From the human T2T-CHM13v2.0 reference genome, Homo sapiens, in the NCBI RefSeq assembly GCF_009914755.1, contig NC_060942.1: a DNA stretch of 64,000 nt, one strand, 5' to 3'. Of this stretch, positions 14,727 to 28,520 are shown one piece after another (the stretch's first letter is position 1; every line of letters begins with the position of its first letter). The position numbers and the translations under genes were made by a program. The notes under the pieces were generated by a model. It did not search any database. It had not been told where the DNA came from and saw nothing but the letters and a program-made list of their open reading frames with translations.

Positions 14727-17052
14727 AATTTAAAATAACATGTAGAGAAGAGCTATTTACACATTACTTTATTATCCCTCCAGTGCACATGTAGATTTTC
14801 TTAGTGTCCAGCCACAGTTTCTTCTTGTTCAGGTCCAAGAACTACCATCGCTTTTTGTTAGTCTTTTTTTTTTTTTTTTCTTGTTTTCTAAGACTGTTTA
14901 TTTGCATTGGAGTTTATTTTTTTTGATTCACTAATATTCAACTAAATGGTTTTCCTCAATTGTTTAAGTTCAGCCATTGAAGTACAGCCTTCTCTCACCT
15001 CTGCACTTAAATTCTTAGTCTTGCCTTTCCTGGAAAGACCTCCCTTACATTTCTTTATTCAGTCCATTCTTCAAGGCCAGACACTCCCCAAAGTTTTTGT
15101 TTTCTTTTGCTTTCTAGCTTTATTGAGGTAAATGATTGACATGTTAAAATTATATATATTTAAGATATACAATATGATGTTTCAATATGCCTACACATTG
15201 TGAAATGATTTTCATGATCAAACTAATTAACATATTAGTCACTTCAAATTAGCTTTTTTGTGTGTAAGAATACTTGAGATCTACTTTCTTAGCAAATTTT
15301 AGTATATAATACATTACTATTAATATAGTCACCATGTGGTAACTTAGGTCTCCAGAATATATTCGTCTTGTAACTACAGTTTTGTGCCTTTAACCAACAT
15401 CTATTTTTCCTCCCCACCAGCCCCTGGTAACTACCATCTTATTGTCTTTTTATAGGAATTTGACTTTTTTAGACTCCACGTGTAAGTGATATCATGCAGT
15501 ATTTGTCTTTCTGTGTCTCGGTTATTTCACTTAGCAAAATGTTTTGCAGGTTAATCCCTGTTGGTGTAAATGGCAAAATTTCCTTCTTTTAAAGGTTGAA
15601 TAATATTCCATTTTGTGTATGTATATGTAGCACATTTTCTTTATGCATTTATCCATCCAGTGATACTTAGGTTGTTTAATATCTTGGCTACTGTGAATAA
15701 TGCTGCAGTGAACCTGGGTGTGCTTTCTTCTGGATAGATACAAAGAAGGAGAATTTGTAGATCCAGGTGATAGTTCTATTTTTCGTTTTTTGAGGAACCT
15801 GCATATGGTTTTCCACAATAGCTGTTCCAGTTTACATTCTCATCAATGGTGTATAAGGCTTCACTTTTTATCACATCCTCACCAGCACTTGTTATCTTCT
15901 AGCTTTTTTTGTAATAGCTATTATAACAGATGTGAGATGTTATCTCATTGTAGTTTTGATTTGCATTCTTCTGATTATTAATGATGCTGAGCACCTTTTT
16001 GTATACCTGTTGGCCATGTGTATGTCTTCTTGGAAGAAGAGTCTATTGAGATTCTCAGCCCATTTTTAATTGGGTTATTTGCTTATTTTTGTTTTGCTAT
16101 TAAGTTTTATGAGTCTTTAACATATATTTTTAATATTAACCTCTTTTTGGATATATGGTTTGTAAATACTTTTTCCCAATCCATAGGTTGCCTTTTCTTT
16201 TTGCTGTTTCCTTAAAGGTCCAATTTCATTCTTATTCATGTTGATATCCAGTTGTTGATATCCATTTATTGAAGAGACATCTTTTCTCCTCGTATTTTTA
16301 ACACCTTTGTCAAAGACTAGTTGGTCATATATACACAAGTTTATTTCTGGGCTCCCTATTCTATTTTATTGGCCTATGTGTCTCTTCTTCTTGCCAGAAC
16401 TATACTATTTTGATTACTATAGCTTTGTAATATAATTTGAAATCAGTAATATCTCAAACTTTATTCTTCTGACTTAAGATTGATTTAGCTATTTAGGGTC
16501 TTTTATGGTCCTATTTGAAAAAAATTGCTTTTTCTCTGTCATTGAAAAATACCATTGGAATTTTGATAGAGATTGTATTTAATCTGCAATCACTTTGAGA
16601 AGTATGAATATTATAACAGTATCAGTTCTTCCAATCCATGAACATGAGACATAAATCCATGCCTTTGTGTCTTCTTCAATATCTTTCATCAGTGTTTTAT
16701 AGTTTTGGTGTATGTATCTCTCACCTCCTTGGTTAAATTTATTCCCGAGGGTTTTTTTATATATATTATTGTAAATGTTATTGTTTTCTTAATTTTCTTT
16801 TCAGATAGTCTGTTGTTAGTGTATAGAAGTAGAACTGGTTTTTATGGTGATTTTGGATTCTGCGTATTTACTGTATTTGTTTAATCTAGTAGATTTTTTT
16901 TGGTAGCATCTTTAAGGTTTTCTAAATCTATGTAAGATCATATCTTCTGCAAACAGAGACAATTTATTTATTACTTGAATGCATTTTTTTCCTTGTCTAA
17001 TTGCTCTGGGTAAGACTTTCAGTATAATGTCAAATATAATTGGCAAGAGTGG

Positions 17053-17931
17053 CAAACAAATCAGCAAGAAAAAAACAAACAATCCCATCAAAAATTGGGC
17101 TAAGGACATAAAAAGACAACTCTCAAAATAGATACACAAATGGCCTGCAAATATATGAAAAATGCTCAACATCACTAATAATCAGGAAAATGCAAATCAA
17201 AACCACAATGTGATATCACCTCACTCCTGAAAGAATAGCCATAATAAAAAAATCAGAAACAGGAGATGTTGGCATGGATGTGATGATCAGGGAATACTTC
17301 TACCCTGCTGGTAGGAATGTAAACTAGTACAACCACTATGGAAAACAGTGTGGAGATTCCTCAAAGAACTAAAAGTTGAACTACCATTTGATTCAGTAAT
17401 TCCACTACTGGATATCTACCTAGAGGAAGAGAAGGGATTATACAAAAAAGATACTTGTCCAGGCATGTTTATTGCAGCACAATTTACAGTTGCAAAATGG
17501 TGGAACCAACCCAAATGTTCATCAATCAACGAGTGGATAAAGAAACTGTGATATATATATATATATATGAATATTACTCAGCTATAAAAAGGAATGAATT
17601 AATGGCATTAGCAGCAACCTGAATGAAATTGGAGACTATTATTCTAAGTGAAGTAACTCAGGAATGGAAAACCAAATATCATATGTTCTCACTGATGTGT
17701 GGGAGCTAAGCTATGAGGACACAAAGGCATAAAAATGATACAGTGGGCTTTGGGGATTTAGGGGGAAGGATGGAAATGGGGTGAGGGATAAAAGACTACA
17801 AATAGGGTTCCGTGTATAATGCTCAGGTGATGGATGCACCAAGATCTCACAAATCACCACTAAATAACTTACTCATGTAACCAAACACCACCTGTACCCC
17901 AATAACCTATGGAAAATGTAAAAAAAAAAAA
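17053..17931 (+). mobile_element. 5'-truncated L1PB inserted antisense into L1MA
   Basis: ORF2 C-terminus ([15 protein letters not shown]...), L1PB 3'UTR, poly-A; TSD tggcaagagtgg at 17041-17052 and 17934-17945. Confidence 0.92.
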
Positions 17932-18768
17932 GGTGGCAAGAGTGGGCATTTTGATCTTGTTTTAGATCTTAGAGGGAAAGCTTTCAGCTCTTCATGTTGA
18001 GTAGGATATTCACTGTAGGTTTGTCACACATAACTTTTATATTGTTGAGGTATATGATTTTTTGATTTTTTTTGATGAAAGCATGTTGAATTTTATCAAA
18101 TGCTTTTTCTGCATCTATTGAGATGAACATATGATTTTTATCTTCATTCTGTTAGTGTGACATATCATAGTTATTGATTTGCATATATAGAACCATCCCT
18201 GCGTCCCAGGAATAAATTCCACTTGATCATCGCACATGTGCTTTTAACATGCTGTTGAGTTTGTTTGCTAGTATTTTGTTAAGAAGTTTTACATCTTCAT
18301 CAGGGATACTATCATAATGCCCTGAAATTTTCTTTTATTTTTGTAGTCTTCTTGTCTGGCCTTGGTATCAGGGCCATGCTGGTCTCATAAAATGAGTTTG
18401 AAGGTGTTCCCTCCTCTTCAAATTATTGGATGATTTTGAAAAACATTGGCATTACTTTTAAAAATATTTTGTAGAAATGACCTGTGAAGCCATCTGGTCC
18501 TAGGCTTTCTTGGTTAGGTGATTCAATACCTTTACTAGTTATAGGTCGGATCAGATTTTTAATTTCTTTGTAATTCAGTTTTGGTAGGTTGTATGATGCT
18601 AGGAATTTATCCATTCTTCCAGGTTATCCAATTTGTTGGCGTATAATTGCCCATTAGTTTCTTATGTTTTTGTTTTTTTAAAAAAATATTTCTGTGGCGA
18701 TACATTACATTGCAATGTATCATTTTTCATTTCTGATTTTATTTATTTTATTTATTAAATAACCATCT

Positions 18769-19268
18769 TGAGATGGTAAATTTTATGTATCAACTTGACT
18801 AGGTTAAGGGATGCCCAGATAGCTGTTATAATATTTCTGTGTGTGTATGTGAGGGTGTCTAGAAAAGATTAGCATTTGAGTCAGTAGACTTGAGTAAAGA
18901 AAATCCACCCTCGACAATGTTGGCGGGCATTTAAAAATCTGTTGAAAGCCCAAATAGAACAAAAAGGCAGATTAAAGACATACTTGCTCTCCCTCTTCTA
19001 GATCTGTGACATTCATCCTCTCCTGCCCCTAAACATCACAACTCTTTGGTCTCAGGCCTTTGGACTCTAATAAAGTTGACCCTATTGGTACCCCCAGTTT
19101 TCAGGCCTTCAGACTCAGACTGAATTACACCTTTGGCTTTCATGGTTCTCCAGCTTGCAGATGGTATGTCATACCACTTCTTAGGCTCCATAATCATGTG
19201 AACCAATTCCCATAATAAATCGTCCCTTTTATATCTACTTTTTCTGTTTCTACGACAATCCTAATGCA
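18769..19268 (+). mobile_element. MLT2B/D (ERVL) solo LTR
   Basis: tgagatggtaaattttatgtatcaacttgactagg...ccaattcccataataaa...cctaatgca. Confidence 0.85.
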
Positions 19269-21782
19269 TGTCTTTTCTTGTTTTCTTCTTAGTCTAGCTA
19301 AAAGGTTTGCTAGTTTTGTTAATCTTTCCTTTAAACCCAGTTCTTAGTTTCATTGATCTATTATTTTTCTAGTCCCTATGTTATTTATTTCTGCTTTGAT
19401 CTTTGTAATTCCCTTTCTTCTGCTAACTTTGGGATTGGTTTATTCTTCTAGTTCCTTGACGTGTAAAGTTAAATTGTTTATTTCCATGTATTTATTTGTT
19501 CTTAATGTAGGTGTTTATTACTATAAACTTCTCTCTTGAAACTGCTTTTGCTTCATCTTTTAAATGTTGGTAAGATGTGTTTCTATTTTTGTTTGTCTAG
19601 AGACTTTAAAATTTCTTCTTTATTGGTTGTTCAGGAGTATATTTTTAAATTTCCACATATTTGTGAATTTTCCAACTTTCCTCCTCTTATTGATTTCTAG
19701 TTTCACACCATTACATTGAGACAAGATACTTGATATGATTTCAATTTTCTGAGATTTGTTAAGACTTGTTTTGTGCCCTAAAATATCATCTATTCTGGAG
19801 AATGTTTGTGTGTGCTTAAAAAGAATATTCTTCAGATGTTAGATGGAATGTTCTGGATATATCTGTTAGGTACATTTAATCTAAAGAGTAGTTCAAATCC
19901 AATGGTTCCTTATTGTTTCCTGACTGGATGATCTATGCATCGTTCCTGGTTAATTTCAAGTGTTTCACCATGAGATAAAGTTAGCAGTGCTGTTATTATT
20001 CACAATGTCATAGCTCCTTAGAACTTGTTTTATTGAAACAAAATACATGTTCTTATTTTGCATTTCCCTACTACCATTCACTGCTGCATCATCCACTGAG
20101 CAACCCATGAATACTGACTTCCAATGACTCTCCCAAAAATAACTTGGCTTTCTTGATAGTGAGCTCAAATTAATGTCTTACCTAGAGTATGCAGGAAATA
20201 TGAACAATAATTACTTTTCTGAACATGCTAATTTTACTGTTCAGAATTTTTTAGTGGAAAGGTTGAACAACATATCTTCCAATCATGTCTTCCTTTGGAC
20301 TTTTTAGGCCATTGTCACTACATCTCTAGAATATAATATTTCAGTGTTTACTGCACCTCTGCCTTCCATATACTTTCATCCATGGGAGGAGAGGCAATGG
20401 CCTTTTGTGTAGAGTGAGAAAGGCATTTCCGTCTGCACAAGGAACACACATTCCCTCCTCCAGCAGAGTGTAATAGTCAAGAATGCACATTGTCACCACA
20501 TTGAGAAAGGACATGGATTAAAAGTGCCAACTGGTTGTGAAGCCACAGTCTGAAAAGCCCTCAGAAGAGATAAACATGACTGTTTTGTGGAGTCTTCCTC
20601 AAGCACGGCATAAAGCTTACAGAGGACATGAGAAGACTTCCCTGGAAGATATGTTGTTCAACTTTTATACTAAAAGACTTAAAATTGCCAGTAGCAGAGG
20701 TAGCACTGCCACCATAAGAAAATCCTGCCACCACTCCCATCCTACCACTTTCATGTCCTTCGAGTCCTAAGGTCAGAGGCAGTCCTAATGTTGCAATACA
20801 GAAGGCCAAAAACAGGCCCACAGGCCCACACAAGGATCTGTGGTAGATGGTAGCCCAGAGTCCTGAACTTGTACAGGGTCCAGAGTGAGTGAGAGTCATT
20901 CCAAATCAATGTGTTAGCACCATTCTGGCAGCTCAGTCTCACACAATCACCCAAAAGAAAAACTGTGTCATTCAGGTCGAATGATCTTCTCACTGTCCTA
21001 AAACTGCACCTCAATCACAGGGCCCAGGACTTACTGTATAAGCACAAATCTTGGAGCATCTGATTGACCCAATGCAGAGCAAATGTACAGCTCCAGGGAC
21101 ACTCCAAATGAGAAAAACATGAGCTGGAGAACTTATTTTAGTTGTCACTGCTGGCTTCATCCCAAGCCACAAGAGGGAGAAAGATAATTTTATCAGACTC
21201 TCCGAAATGTAGGGCCCTCTGAGATGGGGGATCCAGGGTAGAGACCTCTGCTTATTTGGTCTAAGAATGCTACCGCCTCTCTTATACCCTGCTTTTCAAT
21301 TAAAGGGATATATAATGCCCTCATGCTGATCCTAGATTCCAGTCTCTCTCTAGTGATCCCCCTACAATCATACAAAAGAACATTGCACACTTTCATTGAA
21401 ACCCATTCCTTTGCCGTGGTCATAGGCATTGGGGGATTCAGAAATGAAAAACATTTCCAGATTTTTTCTAAGTGTATATATCCTGCATCCTGTTCCTTCA
21501 GGCCCCTGCTGTCTAGTAACTATTTGGCAGAACTAAGTCAGACTACATATCAATCCTGATAATGTCTTAATTCCAGATAATGCAATTTTATTTAACAAGG
21601 TCATTTTAAATGCATTAACACAAACTTGGACCCTCCTGTGCTTGTTGAAACATGTAGATTCACAATGACCTGGCCACAGAGCATCGCCGATATCCAACAA
21701 TTTACTGAGGATTATCATTTTAAATTCACTCTTCTGAATACATTTTAAAACTCAACTAAGTAAAGAAATATTTATTTAGGAT

Positions 21783-21803
21783 TTCTTTTTTTTTTTTTTT
21801 TTT
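21783..21803. repeat. Poly-T tract
   Basis: About 18 consecutive T preceded by ttc. Confidence 0.8.
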
Positions 21804-22519
21804 GGTGGGAGAAAGTGGGGAGAGTACAGTACATCTAGTCTTCTGGATACTTTAACATCCAGCCCCAAATTATACCAGACAATTAAGAAATCGTGTACTT
21901 GAAGTAAATGTTTTGCACCCTTCTTTTCTCAGTCTCCAAAATCCTCTCCTTTGAGTTGCTTTTATTGACTTGTATTTTAATGTCTCACCGTAAATGTAAC
22001 TTTAGGGCAAGGGAGCCTAGTTAAATTTGACACCGTGTTATCTTGAAAGGGTTTGGTTAGGGGTGTTGTTCATCAAAATATACACTTGTATTAGAACTGA
22101 GAACAGTGGGGATAAAATCAAACTGAGTGTAGAGAAGAGCTCTAATTTTTGGGAATAACTGGTTGGCTTTTTTAAACAGAATATAGAGACCAATATGTGT
22201 ATGTTTTCTTACTCATCACTAGAAAACACACAGCCAGGTTTGAGACTCATCTCCAAAGAGACTGGTGTGTCCTAAACTGACTTGATATTCTCTTATTTTT
22301 CCATCCTTATTTTCCTATTTCATTTTGCTTTTATTTAAATTTTATTTAATCTTCCTGTAATGTTGGTATACTTGTAAGTCACCTAACATGCGTCTCAGAC
22401 CAAGGCTGGCTATAAATAATTAAGAAGTTGTGACCAATGTGCTTAGCAAGATTTTATGTTGTTGTGGACAGAGTGTGGGTTTTGGGATTACACAGGTTAA
22501 ATCAACTATTAGATCTTCT

Positions 22520-22807
22520 CCTCCTTCTTTTTCTCGATCTGTCGCCCAGCCTGGAGTGCAGTGGCGTGATCTCAGCTCACTGCAAACTCCACCTCTCATG
22601 TTCACACCATTCTCTCGCCTCAGCCTCCCGGGTAGCTAGGATTACAGGCCCCCTCCACCATGCCCGGCTAATTTTTTGTATTTTTAGTAGAGACGGGGTT
22701 TCACCATGTTAGCCAGGATGGTCTTAATCTCCTGACCTCGTGATCTGCCTGCCTCAGCCTCCCAAAGTGCTGAGATTACAGGCGTGAGCCAGCCACCACT
22801 CCCGGCC
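22520..22807 (-). mobile_element. AluY-like element
   Basis: Diagnostic ttcacaccattctc, ttagccaggatggtct, acctcgtgatc; TSD-like gatcttct. Confidence 0.9.
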
Positions 22808-23051
22808 TTGATCTTCTTATGAGTTCGGCGATCTTCTGCAGGTTTCTTAACTTGATATGGAATCTTCCAGATGTGTTATAACTGCTGATTAATCCCATTG
22901 TCTTTGTTTCTAATGCTATCTTTTTTGTAACTTTTGTATGCATGCAATATTTTCTAACATATCTGTCTATCCTTTCACTGGTAAGACAGTCTTGGACAAC
23001 TTTCACTTGCAAATGAATATCAACAAGAGAAAAGATCAGGAGATCCAATCG

Positions 23052-23401
23052 ATATATATAATATATCATATATGATATATATAATATATCATATATTATA
23101 TATTATATATATTATATATTATATTTAATAATTATATATTATATTTAATAATTATATAATATAATTATATGTTATATTTAATAATTATATAATATAATTA
23201 TGTTATATTTAATAATTATATATTATATAATATATTATTATAATATATATAAAATAATATAACATATTATATAATATATATAAAATAATATAACATATTA
23301 TATAATATATATAAAATAATATAACATATTATATAATATATAATAATATAGAATATATATTATATAATGTAAAATAATATATATTATATATTATATATAT
23401 A
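23052..23401. repeat. AT-only low-complexity array/minisatellite abutting an Alu tail
   Basis: Nearly pure A/T; 31-bp unit tataatatatataaaataatataacatatta x3 at 23239-23331. Confidence 0.95.
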
Positions 23402-23713
<312 letters not shown>

Positions 23714-26239
23714 TAGTAAAGTATACATCTCTAAACCTCTAATTCCCTATTCCACACCAGCATTCATAACCTGTTCTGCTGCTTAATTTATAGTACTGAT
23801 TTCACTGGTTTCCATCAGAAACATAAGGCAAAACACTTAATATTTTGGCTGTCATCAATATTTTTCTCTATTAATACAAACAGGAGCACTCCTTATCAAT
23901 GTACTATACATCAAAGAGATAGTGTCTGTCCTTACAAACAAACAAAAAAAATATATCAGAGTTTAATAAGCCTCTTCTATCTAATGAATGAATTTACAGT
24001 TTCAAAGAATAGTAAACCTGTCAGAGGGAATTAAATGATATATTGCACCAGGAATAACTTCTGTGTCTGGCATTGGTGTTAGGCCATTAGTAAGAGGAAA
24101 ATAGAACATGTGGACCTTGATAATATACCTGTCTTTGATATTATTGTTAAGCTTGACTCTTCTGGCGATTAAAGCGGCAGGTAATAAAATGTATCATGCA
24201 AACGTAAATGTGATATTTTTCTTCTATTTTAAGTTTCTCACGGAAAATGATTTTGTGATTGCTCTTTGAACAGCACTTTATTTATAATCCTATTTGCAAC
24301 TTGGAGAGATTTCACCTCAGAAGGCGAGTGAGCACACTGCTCTGGCTTTTGTGATTCTGAAAATGTCACTGCTGTCATTTGTCAAATATGCCTGAAATCT
24401 GCCTTTTCAATAAGTGACATCTCCCACTCCTTTTGGATGAAACTTTTCACTCCCTTTTTTTTTCTTTCAGAAGAATTCTATATAGAAAGCAAATATTTGA
24501 ATCCTGATTTTACAACAGGAATGAGAAATTAATTTCTTATGTAAAACTACTAAATAGTATTTATTTCAGTATAATACATTTGGGAAGCTTTAGACTTATT
24601 TAGTTTTAATTTTGCCTTGGGATGGAATGCTTTTTTTGCATTCATAAAATGGATTATGTTTCTTTATATTTGGCAGAAAATCCCATAGAGCAAGAGTTGT
24701 CTTCTCAAGCACGTATATTTTTACCTGCTCCTCCACGGCTGATTCCCTCCTTTTCTTTTCATAAGCCTCATGAAAGGTTTTCCTTTTCTTTCTGCTTACT
24801 TGCTAAAATCCACAGGATCGGACTTTCTTCCCTGGGGTGGGGATTTGCAAACCCTGCAGTCATGTCTTCAGATTTACAACTGACTGACCTGTCTGTCCTG
24901 CGGCTTCCGGCTTAATTCTCTGGTTCCAGGTTATACCATCTGAGAGATGTGGACAGCATCTCCTCACATTATGAGGGATGTTGTGAGGATTAATTGATGT
25001 TTGCAGTACACATCAAAGCCCAGGGCTGCAAGATGCTTTATAAATTCAAAATACCCCTATGTTAATAGCAGGCTCTGTTATGAGAAACCTGCTAAACACA
25101 AGCCTTCCACTCTCTGGAGCTCCATGACCTTTCTATCTAGCCTACTAATTCCATAGCATCTCCCAGAGGGTTATTCTCTGCCCCTCCAGCCTGGATTTGT
25201 CTCTAACTTAATAAATGCAGCAAACCTGAAAAGCAAGTATAGAAAAAAAAAGAAGGGATTTATTTATTTAAGTAATGCTTGTTCACCTGGAACATAATAG
25301 CAGCTGGATTCCTGCTGAATCAAGAATCTATTTGTTCCAGCAGGTCACCCAATGTTGTTTATCAATTTTCATTCTCACTAACAGAATTAAGCTCCCAAAC
25401 CATTTCAAATCAGTTTTCTCCCCTTCATTTTGGAGGCTTTCAATTGAAGGGATACATTTAGCACGGTCAGAGCCCATTAATTACCAGAGGAATGGTGGCT
25501 TCTCCTTTGTGCCAAAGCTGAGCTTTCCAAGAGAGCATCCCCTACCCAAGATATCAACTATATCTTAGTGCAAATACCATCTATTCCAAATGTACTTTTG
25601 GAAATGGCAGGTTTTAAATCAGGTAGTTTGCAGTTTCTGATATTAGAGTTATATGAATTATTTTTTATTGTCGTTAATTTTTTTAAAGATGTCCTTGTTA
25701 TGAACTATTTTAGTCTGGTGATTAAACCTAGATTTAAGATATAAAATCTTAATTATTATTTGAAAAGTGTCTGTTCCTCAAATAAAGCCATTTGTTTTTA
25801 TATTATTTTTCCAATAATGAAGGTAGGTTCAACTGAATTCAAGCCTCATTTTTTTACTTATTCTTCATAGGGCCACTGGCTCAGATGACTTACAATGTCA
25901 TAACTAGGCTTGATTAACAGAGGTGCTCTCCAAACCGGAGATGGATAGTCTGGAGTTTATTTAGACTTAAAGGGAAAAAGAAAAGGTAGCCGGGTTTTCA
26001 ATAATGAAGAATATTCTGTAAAAAGCATGCAAGCATTTGAATAAAACTGTGCTTCCAAAAGCCATGTAAGAAAGACAGTACCTATGTGAATATTGGTGAA
26101 AATTCAGATGGAGTCCAACTCTGGAGGTTGGACAGGTATTTAGCAGAGATGTGGGTCTGTAGACGGTACTGGGGATACCCAGAAGCAAAAATATCAGTTC
26201 CTATAATGACTAGAACTACCATCTCTCTATTCAACTATA

Positions 26240-26450
26240 TATAGAAAGCACCATGGTAAACACTACTGACATGTGTTAACACATATCACATGTGATCAGT
26301 ACCACATTTCTGTGAGGTGGGTGAAATTATTATTTTCATTACCCTGACAAAAAAACAAAGCACAGAAAAGATATGTAATAATTTCAAGTTCACATATTAG
26401 TAAATGGAGAGGAGAGGAGTCAACCCCAAGTAGTCCAATTCTAGAGCATT
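26240..26450 (-). mobile_element. MIR relic
   Basis: ctgtgaggtggg...attattttcatt...aagttcacatattagtaaatgg. Confidence 0.55.
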
Positions 26451-26464
26451 TCAAGCTCTTGAAG

Positions 26465-26670
26465 AAGCACAGGGCAGGGTGATTAAGAGCATGTGCTGTG
26501 GAGTCACATAAAGTCTGTGTGACCTTTACTTAGCCTCTCTTTATCCCAGTTTTCTTGTACATAAAATGGGATGATAATAGGTTATTGAGAAGATTAAATA
26601 AGATAATACCAATGAAACCTAAGAAGAGTTCTTAATCCATGGTAAGTGAGCAGCAAATGTTAGTTATTGC
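26465..26670 (+). mobile_element. MIR relic
   Basis: gtgattaagagcatg...tgtgacctt...aaaatgggatgataata...aaatgttagttatt. Confidence 0.7.
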
Positions 26671-27139
26671 TAAATTGTAAGTACGTGGCCTTGGATCCTG
26701 GGGTGCATGGAGAAGCAGATACTCCTCTTCTAAAAAAATGATGTTAGGGTGCAGAAAGCCAATTGGTTAGGAAACAGGGCACCAAGATAAAGTTCTCCCT
26801 AACCTGACATTTAGAATTTACCCAACATCATAGCTACTTCACAACCATTAACCCCAATCAAAGTTGTCAACTGACTGGCCCTGCTGATGCACAGAGAGCC
26901 CTATTAGCTTTCCTATGCAAGTGTTTAGTATAGAAATGAACAATCAAGGGTCACCAGATGTTTTAGGAAATTTGCATAATGAAAGAGAATGATCAAGACA
27001 GAGCAAAGTAACACTAGAGGAAGCAGACACATTGAAGATCAAAAGAAACTAAATTAAAACAAATAAAGCAATTCTAATTAGTCTCTTCAGGATGATTGAA
27101 GAATATATCACAGTCAAAAAGCAAGAAGATGCCTTTGTT

Positions 27140-27214
27140 AAAATAAATGTTTGTTGTTTATAGGCCACCCATTTTATGGTGGTTTGGTTATAGCCACCTG
27201 AATGGACTAAGATA
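27140..27214 (+). mobile_element. MLT1A/B LTR 3' end fragment
   Basis: aataaatgtttgttgtttataggccaccc...ggactaagata. Confidence 0.7.
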
Positions 27215-28224
27215 CCTCATAGCCTTTTGCATTCTATAATTTTATTATCTGTCTATTTATGAATTAAATTTCATTTATCCTATGTGAGATATGTTGGGAT
27301 TCCAGAATAATGTGTATTTCATCAACTCTGAAAAATTCCCATCCGTTATCTTTTTTTATAAATATTATATGTTGTCTATTGTCTTTACCTTGTAACTTAT
27401 CTTTTATATATATTTTTTGTTTTCATGTGTTTTGAGGGATTTTCATGTGTTTGTGGTGATTTCAGTAGATTTAATTTTTAGTTAAGTATTTTCTCTTCTG
27501 TTGCATCAATTACTTGGTTGTTTAACCTATCCTACTAACTTGATACATAGAGACAGATAGAATTATAGATATATAGATGGTACTTGTACGGCCTGGGTTG
27601 AAATTTCATTCTTCCTTGGTATAAGTGTGCATGTGTCAGCCAATCCAGTCACCTGGGGGCCCTACCAACCCAGAATAAACTTAAACTAAATTTCTAGCTT
27701 CTAGTTTTAGGGGCCATTCAGAAAATGTGAATTCTAGCCCCAAGCTTGCTTGAAGGTAGGTTTGTAGCTGAGAATCCTTTTCCTGTTTCTACTCTACTCA
27801 AAATCAAATAAAAAACACGAACATCCCAGTACTCCCTGAGGTACAGCTTTTTTTTCTGGTTTTCATGCTGAGTGTGTTTTTCTGTAGGAAACCTACTTTA
27901 TGCCAGTTATTTTTTAAGGCAGTCTTGCACCTTACTAGGCTCCCAGGCTTGTGTGCCCTTCACTTTCCATTATTCAAGGCCTCCTCAAACATCATGGCGC
28001 TAGGTCATCATTGATCAAACAGTAATGTCTACTTCAGCTTCACTGTCTTTTGTGGATTGATGCTTCCCTTGTTTTATGCTGTCATAGTATTCCCTTACTT
28101 TACTCCTAGTTCATCCATATATCAAAAAATATTTTAAAAAATATTTATTCGATGCTGAACTAAGAATGATTTCTCTAAATCTCTAGTTCCCTAAGACCAG
28201 TAAAAGAAGGCTTCTCCTTGCTGA

Positions 28225-28520
28225 CTCAAAAAATTTTATTTATTGTTTCAGGGCCAGTTCAATTGCCACCTCTTTTATGAATTTCACTCTGGTACCTCTC
28301 GTCAGAATTAGTTTTTCTTCAATCTGCCAAATGGTATATTTCTCCTAATTGTATCATTTGTAGTTTTTTGCCTTATAGTAAAATTTGTGGTTGATATGTC
28401 AGTATCCCCCTCTAGATAGACTGATTCTTAAAGTCAGGAAGCTGTGTTTCATCATCTTTCTTTTGACCAAGGGAATGCCACACAATAAGTTGTTGATAAG
28501 TCTCAAATAAGTAAATGGAT
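28225..28520 (+). mobile_element. L2 3' end relic
   Basis: cagttcaattgccacctc...ctagatagactga...aagtcaggaagctgtgtttcatcatc. Confidence 0.5.

Larger units (their letters stand above)
15110..19945 (-). mobile_element. L1MA8/9-like element (3'UTR + ORF2 relic) hosting L1PB and MLT2 insertions
   Basis: 3' end ctttattgaggta; minus-strand ORF2 remnants (e.g. MDKFLASYNLPKLNYKEIKNLIRPITS at 18423-18614). Confidence 0.9.

Noticed and set aside
24452-24470. Strong splice-acceptor-like polypyrimidine tract + AG
   Set aside because: No convincing paired donor or reading frame; poly-T tracts give such sites by chance.
26760-28200. Probable HAL1/L1ME fragments
   Set aside because: Too degenerate to assign family or boundaries by eye.
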